64,000 nucleotides of DNA from Thermoplasmatales archaeon SW_10_69_26 (GCA_003009755.1 PXUB01000003.1:25667-89666); one strand, 5' to 3'. Counted from the first letter of the stretch, positions 18,305-28,013 are shown. A program made the numbers and translations. Notes: generated from the letters alone by a model not told the origin.

Positions 18305-19591
18305 ATGGAGGCGGCGACCGTGACGACCGCCTCTTTCCTGCTGGGCTTGGCGGCGGCGATCGGCGTGGGCGCGCTCGTCGGCATCGAGCGCGAACACCGG
18401 CGCGACCGCACGACCGTCGTCGCCGGCATCCGCACGTTCCCGCTGATCGCGATCGCCGGCTACCTGACCGCGCTGCTGGCCGTCGAGTTCGACAGCGAGC
18501 TCGTCATGGCCGCCGGTGTCGTGGCCGCCGCCGCGTTCACGATCGGGTTCTTCTACGTCCGCTACCTCTCGGGCAGCCTCGGCCTCACGACACCGATGGC
18601 GGTCTCGGTCACCTTCCTCGCCGGAGCCCTCATCGGCGTCGACCTCCTGCTCGAGGGCATCGTGGTCGCCGTCGCCGCCACCTTCCTTTTGTTGACGAAG
18701 GACCGGCTGCACCAGCTGGCCGAGACCCTGACCCAGGACGAGGTGATGGGCGCCTTGCAGTTCGTCGCCTTGGCGTTCGTCGCCTTCCCGATCGCGACCG
18801 AGTTCGAGGGCCCCTACCTGCGAGGCCTCGTCGGCGACGGGCGACCGATCGATCTCCAGTGGACCCTGCTCATCGTCGTCGCCGCCAGCGGCCTGGCCTT
18901 CCTCTCGTTCCTCGCCATGCGCCAACTGGGCGGTCGACGCGGGATGGCGGCCAGCGGCGCGCTGGGCGGCCTCGTCAACTCCGAGGCGGCCACCGCCAGC
19001 GTCGCCACGATCGCCCAGAACACCACCGGCCTGCAGCGGGCCGCCGCCACCGCCGTCGTCGCCGCCGCCGGCACCTCGCTGATCCGCAACCTCGTGCTCG
19101 CCGGGTTCGCCGACCCGTCGCTGGCGATGGTGGAACCGTTCGCGATCGTGCTCGCCGCGCCGGTCGTCGTGACGATCGTGGGCGTCGCCTGGCTGGCCAG
19201 CGGCGCCGAGGAAAGCCAACCCCCCGACGACATCGGGCTGCGCAGCCCGTTCGCGATCAAGCCGGCGCTCACGTTCGCGCTCGTGTTCACCGCCGTCAAC
19301 GCCGCCGCCTTCTTCCTCCAGCAAGGCGCCGGCGACCTCGGCGTGTACGCCACCAGCATCGGCGCCGTCGTCTCCTCCGGCGCGGTCGTCGCCTCCGCCG
19401 CCAACCTCGTCTACACCGGCACCGTGAGCCCCACCGTCGGCCTGATCACGGCCACCTTGGCCACCATCATCGGGTTCCTCGCCAAGATCGGCGTCGTCGC
19501 CTTCGCCAACCGCGGCCTCGTCCGGGACGTCACGCCCTCGCTCGTGCTCGGCGCGCTCGCCACCGTCGGCGGCCTGCTGTTCGTCATCTGA
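18305..19591 (+). CDS. MgtC/SapB + DUF4010 membrane protein
   Basis: GALVGIERE, AGIRTFPL, GLTT, GGLVNSEA; many TM segments. Confidence 0.88.
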   Translation: MEAATVTTASFLLGLAAAIGVGALVGIEREHRRDRTTVVAGIRTFPLIAIAGYLTALLAVEFDSELVMAAGVVAAAAFTIGFFYVRYLSGSLGLTTPMAVSVTFLAGALIGVDLLLEGIVVAVAATFLLLTKDRLHQLAETLTQDEVMGALQFVALAFVAFPIATEFEGPYLRGLVGDGRPIDLQWTLLIVVAASGLAFLSFLAMRQLGGRRGMAASGALGGLVNSEAATASVATIAQNTTGLQRAAATAVVAAAGTSLIRNLVLAGFADPSLAMVEPFAIVLAAPVVVTIVGVAWLASGAEESQPPDDIGLRSPFAIKPALTFALVFTAVNAAAFFLQQGAGDLGVYATSIGAVVSSGAVVASAANLVYTGTVSPTVGLITATLATIIGFLAKIGVVAFANRGLVRDVTPSLVLGALATVGGLLFVI

Positions 19592-19636
19592 TCCGCGAGC
19601 ACCAGGCTTTTCCTCGCCGCCACGGTGCCTTCTGCG

Positions 19637-20482
19637 ATGCCCGTCGCGATCGTCACCGGCGGCCCCGGCACGATCGGGGCCCGCATCTGCGAGCACCTCG
19701 CCCGCGAGGGATACGACGTCGCCATCGGTTACCGCCAAGACCACGAGGGCGCCCGCGCCGTCGCCGACGACGTCGAGGACCGAAGCCAACAGGCGACCAC
19801 GCTGGCCGGCGACGTCACCGACGCGATGGTCCGCCGCCGCATCGTGCAACGCACCGTGGACGAGCTGGGCGGTCTCGACCTGCTCGTCAACAACGCCGGG
19901 ATGCGCGAGACCGAGCCCTTCCTCGAGGTCCCCGCCGGCGAGCTCGAACGCACGCTGCGCCTCGACGTGGCGGCCGGCTTCCACCTCGCCCAGCAAGCCG
20001 CCGAGCCCATGCTCGATGGGGACGGCGGCGCGATCGTGAACGTCGCCGCGGCCGCGGGCCTCCGCGCCGACCCAGCCCGGGCCGTCTTCTCGATCGCCAA
20101 GGCCGGCGTGCTCGCGTTGACGCGCTCGGCCGCCGTCGAGCTGGCGCCCGAGGTGACCGTCAACGCCGTCGCGCCCGGGTTCGTCGCCAGCGCCGACGAC
20201 ACCGACCGGGCCCCGGGCGAGCAGACGACCGTCGAGGAGCAGACCCCGGCCGGGCGATGGACGAGCGCCGCCGAGGTCGCCGACGCCGTCACCTACCTCG
20301 CCCAAGCCCCGGCCACGCTCACCGGCGAGGTGCTCACACTCGATGGCGGCCTGGCCAGCCAGCTGTACCCGGCCGGGGACGAGACCGACCGGGCCGGGGA
20401 CGAGGAGCTGGGCCCCGGCATCGAGCAACGCATCGAGGGCCCGCCCGAGGAAGCCGTCGAACGCCACGAACGCGATCGTTGA
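19637..20482 (+). CDS. Short-chain dehydrogenase/reductase
   Basis: VTGG.G.IG, LVNNAG, VNAVAPG, DGG. Catalytic YxxxK appears as FSIAK. Confidence 0.88.
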   Translation: MPVAIVTGGPGTIGARICEHLAREGYDVAIGYRQDHEGARAVADDVEDRSQQATTLAGDVTDAMVRRRIVQRTVDELGGLDLLVNNAGMRETEPFLEVPAGELERTLRLDVAAGFHLAQQAAEPMLDGDGGAIVNVAAAAGLRADPARAVFSIAKAGVLALTRSAAVELAPEVTVNAVAPGFVASADDTDRAPGEQTTVEEQTPAGRWTSAAEVADAVTYLAQAPATLTGEVLTLDGGLASQLYPAGDETDRAGDEELGPGIEQRIEGPPEEAVERHERDR

Positions 20483-20549
20483 GCCGACCGCGGACGAGGG
20501 CCAGCGTGGACGAGGGCCATCGGCCCCACGCTGGTCGGGCCCCGGCCCG

Positions 20550-21018
20550 CCCACCTCGCCGACGATCGGGTCACCGGCGAGACCAGCAGCGAGCGGGACG
20601 TGCTCGTCGTCTTCGCCGCCGAGGAGGCCGACCGCCAGGACACGCCCGCCCCCGCGGCCGCCCTCGCCGCGATGGCCATCGTGGGCGCCGCGCTCCTAAA
20701 CTGCCGGACGTGTTTTGCTTAAGCTCTCGCGCCGGTCTGAGCGAGGTAAGGTCGCGGAGCCCGAGGAAGGAAACCCCTGTGGGTTTTCGACGGATGCTGG
20801 GGGCGACAACGGCCGAGCACCGGTCTGCCACGCAGACCGGTCTCGGCTGCGTACGGATCTTCGATCCGGGCGAATCCAGCGATCGGCCACCGGCCGATCG
20901 GTGGAGAATACGAATCTCCGATTCGTGTGAACCTTCGTCTCGGCTCCGCGCTTTCACCGCCTGAGGGCGGCGAGAGCTTAACCCAAGCATGGCCGGCAGT
21001 CTAGCTCGACGCCGCTGA
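20550..21018 (+). pseudogene. Remnant C-terminus of a surface protein (TPAP-TM-RRR), split by the 20700-21000 element
   Basis: ...DTPAPAAALAAMAIVGAALL|ARRR* is restored when the insertion is removed. No start codon. Confidence 0.65.
20700..21000. mobile_element. 301-bp MITE-like foldback element at a CTAG target
   Basis: Ends ACTGCCGG/CCGGCAGT, imperfect IR 29/35 including the flanking CTAA/CTAG; interior is all hairpins. Confidence 0.8.
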
Positions 21019-21069
21019 GACGAGCGTCCGGTCGGACGTTGAAGACCCAGCCCGTGCCTAGCCGGCTCG

Positions 21070-23007
21070 ATGCCGGGGACCGTCGCCGAACAGCTCGTCG
21101 AGGATCACCTGGTCGAGGGAACGATGGAGCCGGGCGAGGAGATCGCGCTCGCGATCGACCAGACCCTCACCCAAGACGCCACCGGCACGATGGTGATGCT
21201 CGAGCTCGAGGCGATGGGCATCGAGGAGATCGACACCAACCTCTCCGCCCAGTACGTCGATCACAACCTCATCCAGGAGGACAACAAGAACCCCGACGAC
21301 CACCTGTTCCTGCGAAGCGCCGCCGAGAAGTGGGGGCTTTGGTACTCGCCGGCCGGCAACGGCGTCTCCCACCCCGTCCACCAGCAGCACCTCGGCGTGC
21401 CCGGGCAGACGCTGCTCGGCTCGGACAGCCACACCCCCGCGGCGGGCTCGATCGGCATGCTGGCCATGGGCTCGGGCGGCCTCGACGTCGCGATGGCGAT
21501 GGCTGGGGAACCCTACTACGTCAACATGCCCGAGATCTGGGGGGTCGAGCTCCGCGGCGAGCTCCCCGACTGGTGCAGCGCCAAGGACGTCATCCTCGAG
21601 ATGCTGCGCCGCCACGACGTCGACGGCGCCCTCAACCGCATCATCGAGTACCACGGCCCCGGGCTCGCGGACCTCTCGGCCATGGACCGTCACGTCATCG
21701 CCAACATGGGCACCGAGCTGGGCGCCACCAGCACCGTGTTCCCCGCCGATCGGGAGGTCCAGCGGTTCCTGCGCCGCCAGGACCGCGCCGGGGACTTCCA
21801 GCCGGTCACCACCGACGACGACGTCACCTACCACGCCACGGAGACGATCCACCTCGACGAGATCGAACCGATGATCGCGTTGCCCTCCAGCCCCGGCAAC
21901 GTCGAACCCGTCGCCGACGTGCAAGGCGAGGAGATCTACCAGGCCTACATCGGGTCCAGCGCCAACCCCGGCCTGCGGGACTTCGGCGTGCCCGCGGAGA
22001 TCGTCGACGGCCACCAGATCCCCGCCGACGTCAGCTTCGACGTCAACCCCACCTCCCGCCAGATGCTCGAGAACCTCATCGACGGCGGCCACCTCGGCCA
22101 GCTGCTGCGATCGGGCGCCCGCATCCACCAGGCCGGCTGCAACGGCTGCATCGGCATGGGCCAAGCCCCCGCCTACGGCCGCAACAGCGTCCGCACCGTG
22201 CCCCGCAACTTCCCCGGCCGCTCGGGCACCCGCGAGGACAGCGTCTTCCTCGTCAGCCCCGAGACCGCCGCCGCCAGCGCCCTGACCGGCGAGATCACCG
22301 ATCCCCGCACGCTCGCGGACACCCACGGGATCGCGTACCCCGAGTGGAACGAGCCCGACGACATCATCGTCGACCGCGCCAACCTCCGCCCACCCAGCCC
22401 CGACGGCGCCGGCGAGCTGCACAAGGGACCCAACGTGCGCTCGCTGCCGGAGTTCGAACCGATCGAGCCACCGCTCGCGGGCGAGGTCATGATCCACGTC
22501 GGCCACGACATCTCGACCGACGAGATCATGCCCGCCGGCTCCAACGTGCTGCCGTTCCGCTCGAACGTGCCCAAGATCAGCGAGTGGGTGTTCGACCAGC
22601 TCGACCCGGCCTTCTACGATCGCGCGATCGACGCCGAGGGCCCCTGGGTCGTCGTCGCCGGCCGCAACTACGGGCAAGGCAGCTCCCGCGAGCACGCCGC
22701 CCTGGCGCCCTACCACTTGGGCATGCGGGCCGCGATCGCGATGAGCTATGCCCGCATCCACTGGCAGAACCTCGTCAACTTCGGCATCGTGCCGCTCGAG
22801 TTCCTCGACGAAGCCGACTACGAGGCGATCGACCAGCGCGACGAGCTGGCCTTCCCCGCCATCCGCGAGGAGATGGCCAGCGGCCACCGCGTCACGGTCG
22901 AGAACCGCACCCAGGGCACGACGTTCGAGGCCGAGCACGAGCTCAGCGACCGCCAAGTGGACGTCGTCCTGGAAGGCGGCCTCATCCGGGACTACAAGCA
23001 GCGCTGA
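21070..23007 (+). CDS. Aconitate hydratase
   Basis: QDATG, DHN, DSHT, IGSSAN, CNGCIG, PRNF.GR, STD.I.P, NYGQGSSREHAA. Confidence 0.95.
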   Translation: MPGTVAEQLVEDHLVEGTMEPGEEIALAIDQTLTQDATGTMVMLELEAMGIEEIDTNLSAQYVDHNLIQEDNKNPDDHLFLRSAAEKWGLWYSPAGNGVSHPVHQQHLGVPGQTLLGSDSHTPAAGSIGMLAMGSGGLDVAMAMAGEPYYVNMPEIWGVELRGELPDWCSAKDVILEMLRRHDVDGALNRIIEYHGPGLADLSAMDRHVIANMGTELGATSTVFPADREVQRFLRRQDRAGDFQPVTTDDDVTYHATETIHLDEIEPMIALPSSPGNVEPVADVQGEEIYQAYIGSSANPGLRDFGVPAEIVDGHQIPADVSFDVNPTSRQMLENLIDGGHLGQLLRSGARIHQAGCNGCIGMGQAPAYGRNSVRTVPRNFPGRSGTREDSVFLVSPETAAASALTGEITDPRTLADTHGIAYPEWNEPDDIIVDRANLRPPSPDGAGELHKGPNVRSLPEFEPIEPPLAGEVMIHVGHDISTDEIMPAGSNVLPFRSNVPKISEWVFDQLDPAFYDRAIDAEGPWVVVAGRNYGQGSSREHAALAPYHLGMRAAIAMSYARIHWQNLVNFGIVPLEFLDEADYEAIDQRDELAFPAIREEMASGHRVTVENRTQGTTFEAEHELSDRQVDVVLEGGLIRDYKQR

Positions 23008-23258
23008 CCGCTCGCCGACCCTGCCCAAGAGCCGAAGTGAGAGGAGGGGAACACGAAGCCGGGTGCAGGGAGAGGACATCGGCCCGCCGGGCGCCGCCCG
23101 AGCGGCCAGTCTCTCCGTCGCGCTGCCTCGGAACCCGCTGGCCGGGGGTCCCTCCTCGCGCTCCTCGATCTCGTCTCGGTCAGCCGCAGCGAGCGGCCAG
23201 CGGATCCCCCCTCTCCGTGGCCGGGAACTGAAACGACGGAGGCCCGTTCGCTGAGGTG

Positions 23259-23753
23259 ATGCAGCGCCACGAGGCTCTCGCCGACCTCTCCCGCGATCAC
23301 CACCGCGGGCTCGTGTGGGCCAAGCGCCTGAGCGACGCCGCCGAGGACGAGGCTGAGGCCACCGCCGAGGCCTTCGTGGCGTTCTGGGACGACGAGCTGG
23401 CCGCCCACGTCACCGAGGAAGAACACGTTCTGTTGCCGATCTACCAGCGCCACGTCGACCTCACCGAGGACGAGCTGGTCCTCACCATGCTGGCCGACCA
23501 CGCCTGGTTCCGCGACCGCGTCCCCGACCTCCGCACCCGGTCGAGGGAGGGCCAGCCGCTGGGTGAGGCCCTCGCGGAGCTGGGTCGACGGCTGCACGAC
23601 CACGCCCGCATGGAGGACCGCGAGCTGTTCGGTCGCATCGAGGAGACGCTGGCCGAGGACGAGCTGGCCGAGGTCCACGACCGCTCGCGCCGGTTCCGCC
23701 GAGCCCACCGTGGCGAGGGCGCCATCGGTCCCCGACCCACGCGCGAGGACTAA
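23259..23753 (+). CDS. Hemerythrin-like domain protein
   Basis: LSRDHH, HVTEEE, DH, HARMEDRELF. Confidence 0.85.
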   Translation: MQRHEALADLSRDHHRGLVWAKRLSDAAEDEAEATAEAFVAFWDDELAAHVTEEEHVLLPIYQRHVDLTEDELVLTMLADHAWFRDRVPDLRTRSREGQPLGEALAELGRRLHDHARMEDRELFGRIEETLAEDELAEVHDRSRRFRRAHRGEGAIGPRPTRED

Positions 23754-24205
23754 ACCGCCAGCGGGTCGACCAGCTCCTCACGCATCTCCTCGAGGTGGTG
23801 CCGGGTGTCCCATCGAAGGATCCTCTCGACGATCGGGCGCGTGGCGCCGGAGATCCAGGACAGCGGCCCTCGCGGGTCGACGTCGGCCACGAGCGAGACC
23901 TGGGTCCCCTCGGGATCGAACGTCGGCTCGAACGTGTAACGCGCCCGGAACGTGGCCCACGTGTTCTCCCCGAGCAGCTTGACCGTGTTGCCGCGCTGCT
24001 GGGCACGCACGCGCTCGGTGAACACCGGCAGGCCCAGCCACTCGACGCGGTCCTCGATCACGTGGGCGCGCTGTTCCTCCATCACGCGGCGCTCGATCCC
24101 GGGGACGAACGTGTGATCCCGCTGGCCCTCCCGGTAGTCGGTCCACCACGACAGGGCCCGTTCGGGATCGACGCCGGCGACGGTGTCCTCGAGCTCGACG
24201 CGCAC
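23750..24205 (-). CDS. SRPBCC/START-like hypothetical protein
   Basis: WWTD motif shared with 34668-35156; typical size and codon usage. Start inferred. Confidence 0.65.
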   Translation of the reverse strand: MRVELEDTVAGVDPERALSWWTDYREGQRDHTFVPGIERRVMEEQRAHVIEDRVEWLGLPVFTERVRAQQRGNTVKLLGENTWATFRARYTFEPTFDPEGTQVSLVADVDPRGPLSWISGATRPIVERILRWDTRHHLEEMREELVDPLAV

Positions 24206-24282
24206 GCTGACCCAACCTGGGGCTGATGCTTTAGTCCCACGAAGCGAAGGCCGTGGGCGCCCTCGGGTCGGCCCTCGAGGCG

Positions 24283-25326
24283 TCAGATGCTGTCCACGAT
24301 CAGGTCGTCGAACGCGGCCACGCGTTTGCGCCACTCCTTGGGGTGGACGAAGCGGCTCACGGCGGCCACGTTGGACAAGATCGCGTTGCCGTCCTGGGGC
24401 GTGAAGCAGAACCCGCTCACGGTCGAGCCGTCGGTGTGGATCGACTCGCGAGCGATGACGCCCTGGTTGAGGATGCGACCGAAGGGCCCGAACTGCCGCC
24501 CCATGTTGAACACGAGGTCGGCGTTCATCTTGTCGGTGAGAGCGATGTACTCGTCGTCCTCGAACCGGGCGATCGCCTCCTCGCGGGTGACGGGGTCGTC
24601 GAGATCCAGTTGGAACCAGATCGTGTGCATGAACTGCGTGGGGACCTTGATCGCGGAGGAGAACAGGTCCAGATCCTGGTCGCGGGTCCCGTAGAGGTCG
24701 ACGACGTCCTCGGCGTGGTGGGTGCCCTCGTCGGCGTCGTGGACGCTGAGCTTCGGCGCCAGCGGGCCCGCGCCCTGCTGGCCGACGTCGGTGGCCCGAC
24801 GGATGCAGACCACGCGCCCGCTGTCGAGGGCATGGCCCCCGTCGCCGAGCGCGCGCACGATCGCGGCGATGTTGTGCGTGTTGCAGGACACGATGTGCAC
24901 GAACCGGTCGTCCACGGCGTCGAGCACGTCGTTGTTCACGCCCAGCGCGAACGGCGTACCGAACCCGGCCTCGCTCCCCTGCGCGAGGAAGCCCTCGGGG
25001 CCGTCCATCGTCTCGTAGGTGGGCTTGCGGTCCAGCGCGATCCCGCTCGGCGTCGCCTCGACGACGACGGTCGCCTCCTCGACCGTGCCATCGAGCTCGC
25101 CGTCCACGTCGAACCCCGACTGCGCGAACTGCTTGCGGCGGTCCTCGTCGACGACGAACTCGGCACCCGCCTCGCGGACGCGATCGACGAGCGGTGCGTC
25201 GCTGCGTCGAGGGGTGTGCTTGGTGAACGTGACGCGGTCGAGGCCCAGCTCGGTGCCGCGGTCGGCCAGCAGGTAGGCCAACGGGGCCCCGATCGTGCCG
25301 GCACCCTGGATATGGACCCGGGTCAT
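24283..25326 (-). CDS. gap: Archaeal type II glyceraldehyde-3-phosphate dehydrogenase-like protein
   Basis: G.GTIG, QGSE, VSCNTH, RRATD, HHAEDV, VPT..MH. Confidence 0.8.
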   Translation of the reverse strand: MTRVHIQGAGTIGAPLAYLLADRGTELGLDRVTFTKHTPRRSDAPLVDRVREAGAEFVVDEDRRKQFAQSGFDVDGELDGTVEEATVVVEATPSGIALDRKPTYETMDGPEGFLAQGSEAGFGTPFALGVNNDVLDAVDDRFVHIVSCNTHNIAAIVRALGDGGHALDSGRVVCIRRATDVGQQGAGPLAPKLSVHDADEGTHHAEDVVDLYGTRDQDLDLFSSAIKVPTQFMHTIWFQLDLDDPVTREEAIARFEDDEYIALTDKMNADLVFNMGRQFGPFGRILNQGVIARESIHTDGSTVSGFCFTPQDGNAILSNVAAVSRFVHPKEWRKRVAAFDDLIVDSI

Positions 25327-25416
25327 GCTTGGGCCAACCACCACGACCATCCTTATAAAGGTTGCACGACGGTTGGTGCCCAAGCAGGTCGTCGCTATGG
25401 ATGGCGGGCCGACGGT

Positions 25417-25989
25417 TCACCGCTTGCAGATGTCGACGAAGTTCTCGAAGATCTCCTCACCGTGCTCGGTGTGGGAGACCTCCGGGTGGAACTGCAATCC
25501 GTACAGCGGGCGCTCGCGGTGGCGCATCGCCTGCACGCGGCAGGCCTCCGAGCTGGCCAGGGTCTCGAAGCCCTCGGGCACGGTCGTCACCTCGTCGTTG
25601 TGGCTCTCCCAGACCTGGCTGCGATCGGGGAGGCCGGCTAGGATGTCGTCCTGACCGACCCCGTCCTCGAGCACCAGCTCGGTCTTGCCGAACTCCGGCG
25701 TCTGGGCCGCCTCGGCGCGCCCGCCGAAGTGGCCGGCCATGAACTGGTGGCCCGCGCAGATGCCCAAGATCGGCACCTCGGCCTCGTCGAGGTAGGTCCC
25801 GCACTCGCCCAAGGTGTCCTCGAGCCCGATGCGCGGGGACCCGCCCGAGAGGACGAGACCGTCCACGTCGAGCTCGGCCAGCGGCGTGTCGTTGGGCACG
25901 ATCTCCGTGTCCACCCCGAGATCGCGCAGCGTGCGCCACTCCCGGTGCGTCCACTGCCCTCCATTGTCGATGACGACGATGCGGACCAC
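25417..25989 (-). CDS. guaAA: GMP synthase glutamine amidotransferase subunit A
   Basis: DNGGQWTHR, PILGICAGHQ, SHND, QFHPEV. Confidence 0.93.
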   Translation of the reverse strand: MVRIVVIDNGGQWTHREWRTLRDLGVDTEIVPNDTPLAELDVDGLVLSGGSPRIGLEDTLGECGTYLDEAEVPILGICAGHQFMAGHFGGRAEAAQTPEFGKTELVLEDGVGQDDILAGLPDRSQVWESHNDEVTTVPEGFETLASSEACRVQAMRHRERPLYGLQFHPEVSHTEHGEEIFENFVDICKR

Positions 25990-26060
25990 GGTCGGCTCCT
26001 ATCCCGACCAAGCCTCCCTCCGTTCTTAAGCGATTCGTCGTCGGCCCCCGCCGTGGACCC

Positions 26061-26228
26061 CGGGCTGTCTCGTTAAGCAGGGGCCGCGAAGGACACGAGG
26101 GATCGCCACGGCCACGAAGGGCCTGTGACTCGCCGCCGGGCGGCGTTGTCACGGCAGCTGCTCGCCTTTGTGCCCTGCGTCCCTTCGCGTACTTGGTGGT
26201 CCCCCCCGTTCCTTATCCTTACAGCGCG
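26061..26228. mobile_element. MITE copy 1 (168 bp), 9-bp TSD CGTGGACCC
   Basis: High identity to 47524-47691 and 56795-56963. Flanks 26052-26060 and 26229-26237 are identical. Confidence 0.9.
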
Positions 26229-26280
26229 CGTGGACCCCCTCGCGTGGTTTTTCAACGATGCCGACGTTGGTCGCGCCACC

Positions 26281-27009
26281 ATGGCAGCACCGATCGAAGA
26301 CCTCGAGCCGCCGGTCCTCGTCGTCAACTACAAGGTGTACCCCACGGCGCTGGGCGAACGCGCCCTCAGCCTTACACGCGAACTGGAGGAGGCCGCCGCC
26401 AGCTACCCGGACGCCACGCTCGCCATCGCCCCCAGCCACCCCGACGTCGGCGCCGTCGCCCAGGCCAGCGACCTACCCGTGCTCGCCCAGCACGCCGACG
26501 GCCACCGACCCGGGTCCGGTACCGGTCGCGTGCTGCCCGAGAGCCTCTCCGACCGAGGCGCGATCGGGAGCCTCATCAACCATGCCGAGCGCCAGGTCAC
26601 CGAGAAGGAGGCCAACCGGTCCGTGGACCGCCTGACGGAGAAGGGCATGGCCGTCATCGCGTGCGCCGAGGACGTCGAGGTCACGCGCACGATGGCCTCC
26701 CTGGAACCGACCTATGTCGCCATGGAGCCGCCCGAACTCATCGGCGGCGACGTCTCCGTCACCAGCGCCGATCCCGGCATCATCGAGGACAGCCTCGAGG
26801 CGGCCCAGGAGATCGATCCCGACGCCCGCATCCTGTGCGGAGCCGGCGTCAAGGACGCCGAGGACGTGGCCAAGGCTCGCGACCTCGGCGCCGAGGGCGT
26901 GCTCGTGGCCTCCGGGGTCACGAAGGCAGAGGACCCGACCCAGGCGGCCCGCGACCTGCTGCGAGGCGCCGTCGAGCCGGCAGCGACGCTCGAGGGAAGC
27001 GAGAAGTGA
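26281..27009 (+). CDS. tpiA: Triosephosphate isomerase (archaeal type)
   Basis: VNYK, AQH, NHAER, EPPELIGG, LCGAGV, GVLVASG. Confidence 0.95.
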   Translation: MAAPIEDLEPPVLVVNYKVYPTALGERALSLTRELEEAAASYPDATLAIAPSHPDVGAVAQASDLPVLAQHADGHRPGSGTGRVLPESLSDRGAIGSLINHAERQVTEKEANRSVDRLTEKGMAVIACAEDVEVTRTMASLEPTYVAMEPPELIGGDVSVTSADPGIIEDSLEAAQEIDPDARILCGAGVKDAEDVAKARDLGAEGVLVASGVTKAEDPTQAARDLLRGAVEPAATLEGSEK

Positions 27010-27057
27010 AGAGGAGAGAGAAGAGGGGAAGCGGCCGGAAACCGGCCGAAGTGGAGG

Positions 27058-27243
27058 TTACGACTTCCGCAAGTACGGAAGTCCGGTCGAGTCGTTGACG
27101 CCAACCTCGTAGCCGTCAGGCAACTTGGATTGGCTCCCGGACTTCGGTTCGTCCTTGGAGAAGAAGTAGATCGTCTGCTCCCCACCGTTCTTCAGATCCA
27201 CGTTGCGGGAATAGAGTGTGTACCCGTTGTGCTCGTACGGCAT
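27058..27243 (-). CDS. 61-aa hypothetical protein
   Basis: MPYEHNGYTLY...QTIYFFSK...LPDGYEV..N..TGLPYLRK; compact protein-like ORF with lower GC. Confidence 0.8.
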   Translation of the reverse strand: MPYEHNGYTLYSRNVDLKNGGEQTIYFFSKDEPKSGSQSKLPDGYEVGVNDSTGLPYLRKS

Positions 27244-27450
27244 CCCTTGCACCCGACGGTGGTATAGCGTGGCCAGGCATGAAGGTTCCGCTTTCCCTCC
27301 GGGGAAAGCGGTCCTCACAAGGGAAACAGCCGACGGCAGCGGGGTTGACGCCGAGCGTCACCGCGATCCGTCCCCACGCGGTGTGGATGGGGCCCATTGA
27401 AAGGGCCGAAGGGAATATGGCAGGGAAGGCATGGAGGCCTGTCCCCTTCG

Positions 27451-27960
27451 ATGGCATCCTCCGGAGGAGGAGTAGTGGTCGGTCCCGACGAGATCGTGGC
27501 CAACGCCCGCGACCGGGGGGTCCCCGTGGATCTGCTCTCGGATCTGGGCCCCATCCGAACGGTCGTCGAGGCCTCGGAAGCCGCCGGCCGCAGCCTCGGG
27601 GAGGTCGGGAACACGGTCCTCGTCACGATCCAGGGCCGACCCGTGCTCGTCGTCGTCCCCGGCGACCGCGCCCTCGACGGCGAAGCCGTCGGCGCCACGT
27701 ACGGCGCGGACGCGCTCGAGATCTCCCTCGCCACGCAAGCCGAGGCCCGCGAGCTGACCGGCTACGATCTCGGCCTGATCCCGCCCGTCGGCCACGAAGC
27801 CGACTGCGACCTCCTCGTCGACCGCCACCTCCTCGACCACGAGCGGGTCCTGTTCCCAGCCGGCACCGACGACACCCTCCTCGAGCTGGATCCCCGCCAG
27901 CTCGCCGCGCTGGACGACGCCGAGGTGGGCGAGTGGAGCCGCGCCAAGGACGAGGGTTGA
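27451..27960 (+). CDS. YbaK/ProX aminoacyl-tRNA deacylase family
   Basis: TGY.LG.IPP.GH motif. The usual KT appears as NT. Confidence 0.8.
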   Translation: MASSGGGVVVGPDEIVANARDRGVPVDLLSDLGPIRTVVEASEAAGRSLGEVGNTVLVTIQGRPVLVVVPGDRALDGEAVGATYGADALEISLATQAEARELTGYDLGLIPPVGHEADCDLLVDRHLLDHERVLFPAGTDDTLLELDPRQLAALDDAEVGEWSRAKDEG

Positions 27961-28013
27961 CCCCGTCCGGACTGCCGAGGTTTTATCACGAGTCACGGCT
28001 AAGAGGAGCCACG

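Noticed and set aside
20483-20722. Stop-codon readthrough extension of the SDR gene
   Set aside because: The downstream frame coincides, but it encodes a surface-protein sorting tail unrelated to a cytosolic SDR; better explained as a remnant.
20700-21000. SRP (7S) RNA
   Set aside because: Size fits, but I found no helix-8 CAGG..GGAA..AGCA motif on either strand, and it behaves as an insertion into a gene remnant.
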